Source: Macrostomum lignano
Taxonomy: Eukaryota
NCBI GenBank assembly: GCA_002269645.1
Contig: NIVC01002187.1
Span: forward strand, 1-39,601
Reading direction: 5' to 3'
DNA: 39,601 bases
The notes under the pieces: generated by a model
What the model saw: the letters and a program-made list of their open reading frames with translations, nothing else
Told to the model about the DNA's origin: nothing
Database searches by the model: none
Shown here: in pieces, positions 34,917 to 39,601 of the stretch
Numbering within the stretch: position 1 is the first letter of the stretch
Layout of the letters: each line of letters begins with the position of its first letter
Program-made: the position numbers and the translations under genes

Positions 34917-36985
34917 CTATACTTCAGCTGTCCACCTCATTCAGTTCAGATACTTCAGCTGTCCACCTCATTCAGTTCAGATACTTCAGCTGCCCACCTC
35001 AGTCAGTTCAGATACTTCAGCTGTCCACCTCAGTCAGTTCAGATACTTCAGCTGTCCCCTCAGTCAGTTCAGATACTTCAGCTGTCCACCTCAGTCACCT
35101 CCAGATACTTCAGCTGTCCACTTCAGTCAGTTTCAGATACTTTAGCTGTCCACTTCAGTCACCTCAAGATACTTCAGCTGTCCACCTCAGTCACCTCCAG
35201 ATACTTCAGCTGTCCACCTCAGTCAGTTTCAGATACTTCAGCTGTCCACTTCAGTCAGTTTCAGATACTTCAGCTGTCCACTTCAGTCAGTTTCAGATAC
35301 TTCAGCTGTCCACCTCAGTCACCTCAAGATACTTCAGCTGTCCACCTCAGTCAGTTTCAGATACTTCAGCTGTCCACCTCAGTCAGTTTCAGATACTTCA
35401 GTTGTCCCACCTCAGTCAGTTTCAGATACTTCAGTTGTCCCACCTCAGTCAGTTTCAGATACTTCAGTTGTCCACCTCAGTCACCTCAAGATACTTCAGC
35501 TGTCCACCTCAGTCACCTCCAGATACTTCAGCTGTCCACCTCAGTCAGTTTCAGATACTTCAGCTGTCCACTTCAGTCAGTTTCAGATACTTCAGCTGTC
35601 CACTTCAGTCAGTTTCAGATACTTCAGCTGTCCACTCAGTCACCTCAGATACTTCAGCTGTCCACCTCAGTCAGTTTCAGATACTTCAGCTGTCCACCTC
35701 AGTCAGTTTCAGATACTTCAGCTGTCCACCTCAGTCAGTTTCAGATACTTCAGTTGTCCCACCTCAGTCAGTTTCAGATACTTCAGCTGTCCACCTCAGT
35801 CACCTCAAGATACTTCAGCTGTCCACTTCAGTCAGTTTCAGATACTTCAGCTGTCCACCTCAGTCAGTTTCAGATACTTCAGCTGTCCACTTCAGTCAGT
35901 TTCAGATACTTTAGCTGTCTACTTCAGTCACCTCAAGATACTTCAGCTGTCCACCTCAGTCACCTCCAGATACTTCAGCTGTCCACCTCAGTCACCTCCA
36001 GATACTTCAGCTGTCCACCTCAGTCAGTTTCAGATACTTCAGCTGTCCACTTCAGTCAGTTTCAGATACTTCAGCTGTCCACCTCAGTCACCTCAAGATA
36101 CTTCAGCTGTCCACCTCAGTCAGTTTCAGATACTTCAGCTGTCCACCTCAGTCAGTTTCAGATACTTCAGTTGTCCCACCTCAGTCAGTTTCAGATACTT
36201 CAGTTGTCCCAACTCAGTCACCTCAAGATACTTCAGCTGTCCACCTCAGTCAGTTTCAGATACTTCAGCTGTCCACCTCAGTCAGTTTCAGATACTTCAG
36301 CTGTCCACTTCAGTCACCTCAAGATACTTCAGCTGTCCACCTCAGTCAGTTTCAGATACTTCAGCTGTCCACCTCAGTCAGTTTCAGATACTTCAGTTGT
36401 CCCAACTCAGTCAGTTTCAGATACTTCAGCTGTCCACTTCAGTCACCTCAAGATACTTCAGCTGTCCACCTCATTCAGTTCAGATACTTCAGCTGCCCAC
36501 CTCAGTCAGTTCAGATACTTCAGCTGTCCACCTCAGTCAGTTCAGATACTTCAGCTGTCCCCCTCAGTCAGTTCAGATACTTCAGCTGTCCACCTCAGTC
36601 ACCTCCAGATACTTCAGCTGTCCACTTCAGTCAGTTTCAGATACTTTAGCTGTCCACTTCAGTCACCTCAAGATACTTCAGCTGTCCACCTCAGTCACCT
36701 CCAGATACTTCAGCTGTCCACCTCAGTCACCTCCAGATACTTCAGCTGTCCACCTCAGTCAGTTTCAGATACTTCAGCTGTCCACTTCAGTCAGTTTCAG
36801 ATACTTCAGCTGTCCACCTCAGTCACCTCAAGATACTTCAGCTGTCCACCTCAGTCAGTTTCAGATACTTCAGCTGTCCACCTCAGTCAGTTTCAGATAC
36901 TTCAGTTGTCCCACCTCAGTCAGTTTCAGATACTTCAGTTGTCCCAACTCAGTCGCCTCCGGATCCTTCAGCTGTCCACCTCAGT
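34917..36985. repeat. 32-bp minisatellite (31-33-bp variants), about 65 copies
   Basis: Unit CAGATACTTCAGCTGTCCACCTCAGTCAGTTT with a CACCTC(A/C) variant; 32-aa periodicity in the shadow ORFs. Confidence 0.98.
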
Positions 36986-37594
36986 CTCCCCCATGTCCTT
37001 CATTTATACACATCAGTCTCCACCTCAGACTCTCATTGTTTTCCAGGTAGTCCATCCCAGACCTCCTCACGTCCCTGGCTCTCTAGCTTCATCAACCAAT
37101 TAATCTGGCACACAGCATCCTAAGCTTCCGCAGCAGGCCCGAGTGACTCATGCGGTTTTCTTACAATCACGCCCCCCCCCCCAACAAGTAGAAAACGATA
37201 TTTTCGGTGGGGTAATAAAGCTGCATATTGAAGAGGATGTATATACGTACGTAACTAAATTCCTCGAAGTAAACTGAAGAAATGCTAGAAATGATCAGTA
37301 AAAGTAGATGGTCAGCAGTTCACTTATGAGTCACTCTTGCTAGTAGTGTGCCCTTGCAGAATCTTATATTGCCAGTACATGTATAAAGTGAAAGCAATAT
37401 CGATAGCAACTGTTGTTGGCAATTGCTGCTTAAGGCTTAAGGAGAAAAATTCCTGAAAGAAATTACTTGACAGCTATAGTACTATTATGCCATTTTTAAG
37501 CAGATGCTATCCGGAGAGAAATGGAGAGGTATGATGGTAGAATGAAGGGAAATGGGAAGAAATGAGGAGAAATAAGAAGAAACGGAGGAAATGG

Positions 37595-37760
37595 AGAGAT
37601 ACGGGTATTTGATGGGAGATACGGGTATTTGATGGGAGATACGGGTATTTGTTGGGAGATACGGGTTTTTGTTGGGAGATACGGGTATTTGTTGGGAGAT
37701 ACGGGTATTTGATGGGAGATATGGGTATTTGTTGGGAGATACGGGTTTTTGTTGGGAGAT
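37595..37760. repeat. 20-bp tandem repeat (~8 copies) within a purine-rich low-complexity tract (~37520-37970)
   Basis: Unit GGGAGATACGGGTATTTG(A/T)T. Confidence 0.9.
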
Positions 37761-38529
37761 GGGGGAGAATAGGAAGAAATGGGGAGAAATGAGGATAGAT
37801 GGGGAGAAATAGGGAAAAATGAGGAGAAATGCGGAGAAATTGGGAGAAAAGAGGATAAATGGGGAGAAATGGGTTGAAATGGCGGGAAATGGTGGAAATG
37901 GGAAGAAATATGAAGAAATAGGAGATGGGGAGAAATGATTGGAGAAATGGGGAGAGATCGGAAGACCGGGAAGAAGCATTCGATATTGAACAGTAAATTG
38001 CATTTTAGAGTAGCTAAACTACTAGCTGTTATACCTCATAGCTCAGTGCATGAATTCAAATAATAATTTTCAGTTCATTCTGGGTGCCAATGCAGCTTGC
38101 AGAGTTAACAATCAGGGCAATTCAAACCATTTATACTGAGTAACCTGGGCCTCGCAGAACGGGCCTGTCCCTAACAAATTTTCGATTAATAATTTTTCCG
38201 ACTACTGCAAGGCACTCGCAGCTCGAACGCAATTGGCCTAGGAAGAAGGAAGGAAAAAATGCAGCAGCTTTTAAGACTTTCAGGCTTGCATACTGCAGTA
38301 AGCCAGCTATATTAAAAAGGAAAATTAATTTGCTGCTTTCGTGCTTGTAGTTGAAATAGGCTATTTCTGTTCGAATTCGCATTCATGAACTTGCTGCTCA
38401 GCTGCCTGTCGGGCCCACCAGAGCCCAGAAATTTTAGCTGGAACCAACAATGTGTAAGCTCAATTAAAAGCAAATAAATTTTGTTATTTAAAATTTTCAT
38501 TTCAATACTGAAATTTCAAATGTCCGCAG

Positions 38530-38718
38530 GCGCTGCTGGCCAAGGCTCTGTACGACAATCAGTCCAGCTACGAGACCGAGCTGCACTTTCAGCGGGACGC
38601 TATCCTGACGGTGCTGGACCAGCAGCCACCGGGGCTGACTGGCTGGTGGCTCTGCGCATACAGGGGCAGAACCGGGATCGCACCGGCCAACAGGTTGCAG
38701 CTGATTGGCGTGCTGGAG
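38530..38718 (+). CDS. BCAR1: SH3-domain exon of a p130Cas/BCAR1/NEDD9 (CAS family) adaptor; missed by the ORF track
   Basis: ALLAKALYDNQSSYETELHFQRDAILTVLDQQPPGLTGWWLCAYRGRTGIAPANRLQLIGVLE matches the CAS SH3 signature (LAKALYDN...ELSF...TVLEQ...GLDGWWLCSLHGRQGIVPGNRL). Acceptor CCGCAG at 38528-38529, donor GAG|GTGAGC at 38719; 63 codons, phase 0-0. Confidence 0.88.
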
Positions 38719-38737
38719 GTGAGCCGGGTGGCTGTCG

Positions 38738-39601
38738 GAAGGGGGGTGTTTATGGGTGTCAGAAGGGGGGTGTTTATGGGCGTCAGAAGGGGGTGTTTAT
38801 TGGTGTCAGAAGAGGGGTGTTTATTGGTGTCAGAAGGGGGTCTTTATTGGTGTCAGAAGGGGGTGTTTATTGGTGTCAGAAGAGGGGTGTTTATTGGTGT
38901 CAGAAGGGGTGTTTATTGGTGTCAGAAGGGGGTGTTTATTGGTGTCAGAAGGGGGTGTTTATGGGTGTCAGAAGGGGGGTGTTTATGGCGTCAGAAGATG
39001 GGTGTTTTATTGGTGTCAGAAGGGGGTGTTTATGGGTGTCAGAAGGGGGTGTTTATTGGCGTCAGAAGATGGGTGTTTATTGGTGTCAGAAAGAGGGGTG
39101 TTTATTGGTGTCAGAAGGGGGTGTTTATTGGTGTCAGAAGGGGTGTTTATTGGTGTCAGAAGGGGGTGCTTTATTGTGTCAGAAGGGGGTGTTTATTGGT
39201 GTCAGAAGGGGTGTTTATTGGTGTCAGAAGGGGGTGTTTATTGGTGTCAGAAGGGGGGGTTTATGGTGTCAGAAGAGGGGTGTTTATGGGTGTCAGAAAG
39301 GGGAGTGTTTATTGGTGTCAGAAGGGGGTGTTTATTGGTGTCAGAAGGGGGTGTTTATTGGTGTCAGAAGGGGTGTTTTATTGGTGTCAGAAGGGGGTGT
39401 TTTATTGGTGTCAGAATGGGGTGTTTATTGGTGTCAGAAGGGGGTGTTTATTGGTGTCAGAAGGGGGTGCTTTATTGGTGTCAGAAGGGGTGTTTATTGG
39501 TGTCAGAAGGGGGTGTTTATTGGTGTCAGAAGGGGGTGTTTATTGGGTGTCAGAAGGGGGGGTTTATGGTGTCAGAAGAGGGGTGTTTATGGGTGTCAGA
39601 A
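38738..39601. repeat. ~23-bp G-rich minisatellite in the following intron, running off the window end
   Basis: Unit GTCAGAAGGGGGTGTTTATTGGT with many homopolymer-length variants. Confidence 0.97.

Noticed and set aside
30431-37103. Repeat-protein ORFs over the 16/20-bp and 32-bp arrays
   Set aside because: Unit lengths are not multiples of three and frequent indels shift the frames; the periodic peptides are artefacts.
20188-39601. Tandem arrays as CRISPR-like loci
   Set aside because: Units are head-to-tail with no unique spacers, no cas genes are present, and the context is eukaryotic.

Overview
Eukaryotic (invertebrate animal) genomic DNA. Spliceosomal introns, metazoan genes, poly-Ala/poly-Gln tracts and many minisatellites fit a free-living flatworm such as Macrostomum, but that is only an inference. 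Host genes: (1) an RBM12-like multi-RRM gene (exons 2396-2758 and 3033-7522) with a large decapeptide RGG/Phe array and one apparent 1-nt frameshift at ~4332; (2) a single-coding-exon three-repeat beta-thymosin (32493-32849, minus); (3) the SH3 exon of a p130Cas/BCAR1-family gene (38530-38718), with a candidate first coding exon at 29543-29650 that would put the thymosin gene antisense inside Cas intron 1. The middle of the window is dominated by transposons. The main one is an apparently intact 3.2-kb Chapaev-type DNA transposon (125-bp TIRs, 4-bp TSD, uninterrupted 680-aa transposase with a RAG1-like N-terminal zinc finger). Also present are a decayed mariner, a three-layer hAT/hAT/Mutator-MITE nest, a TTAA-associated MITE family in three copies, a TIR element carrying a 39-bp minisatellite, and two truncated RNase-H-bearing LINEs, one inserted into the poly-Ala codons of an unidentified ORF. 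Most short ORFs in the supplied track are shadows of repeats. I see no tRNA, rRNA or CRISPR array. Nothing here can be shown to be a wholly new system from sequence alone; the best leads are listed as findings.
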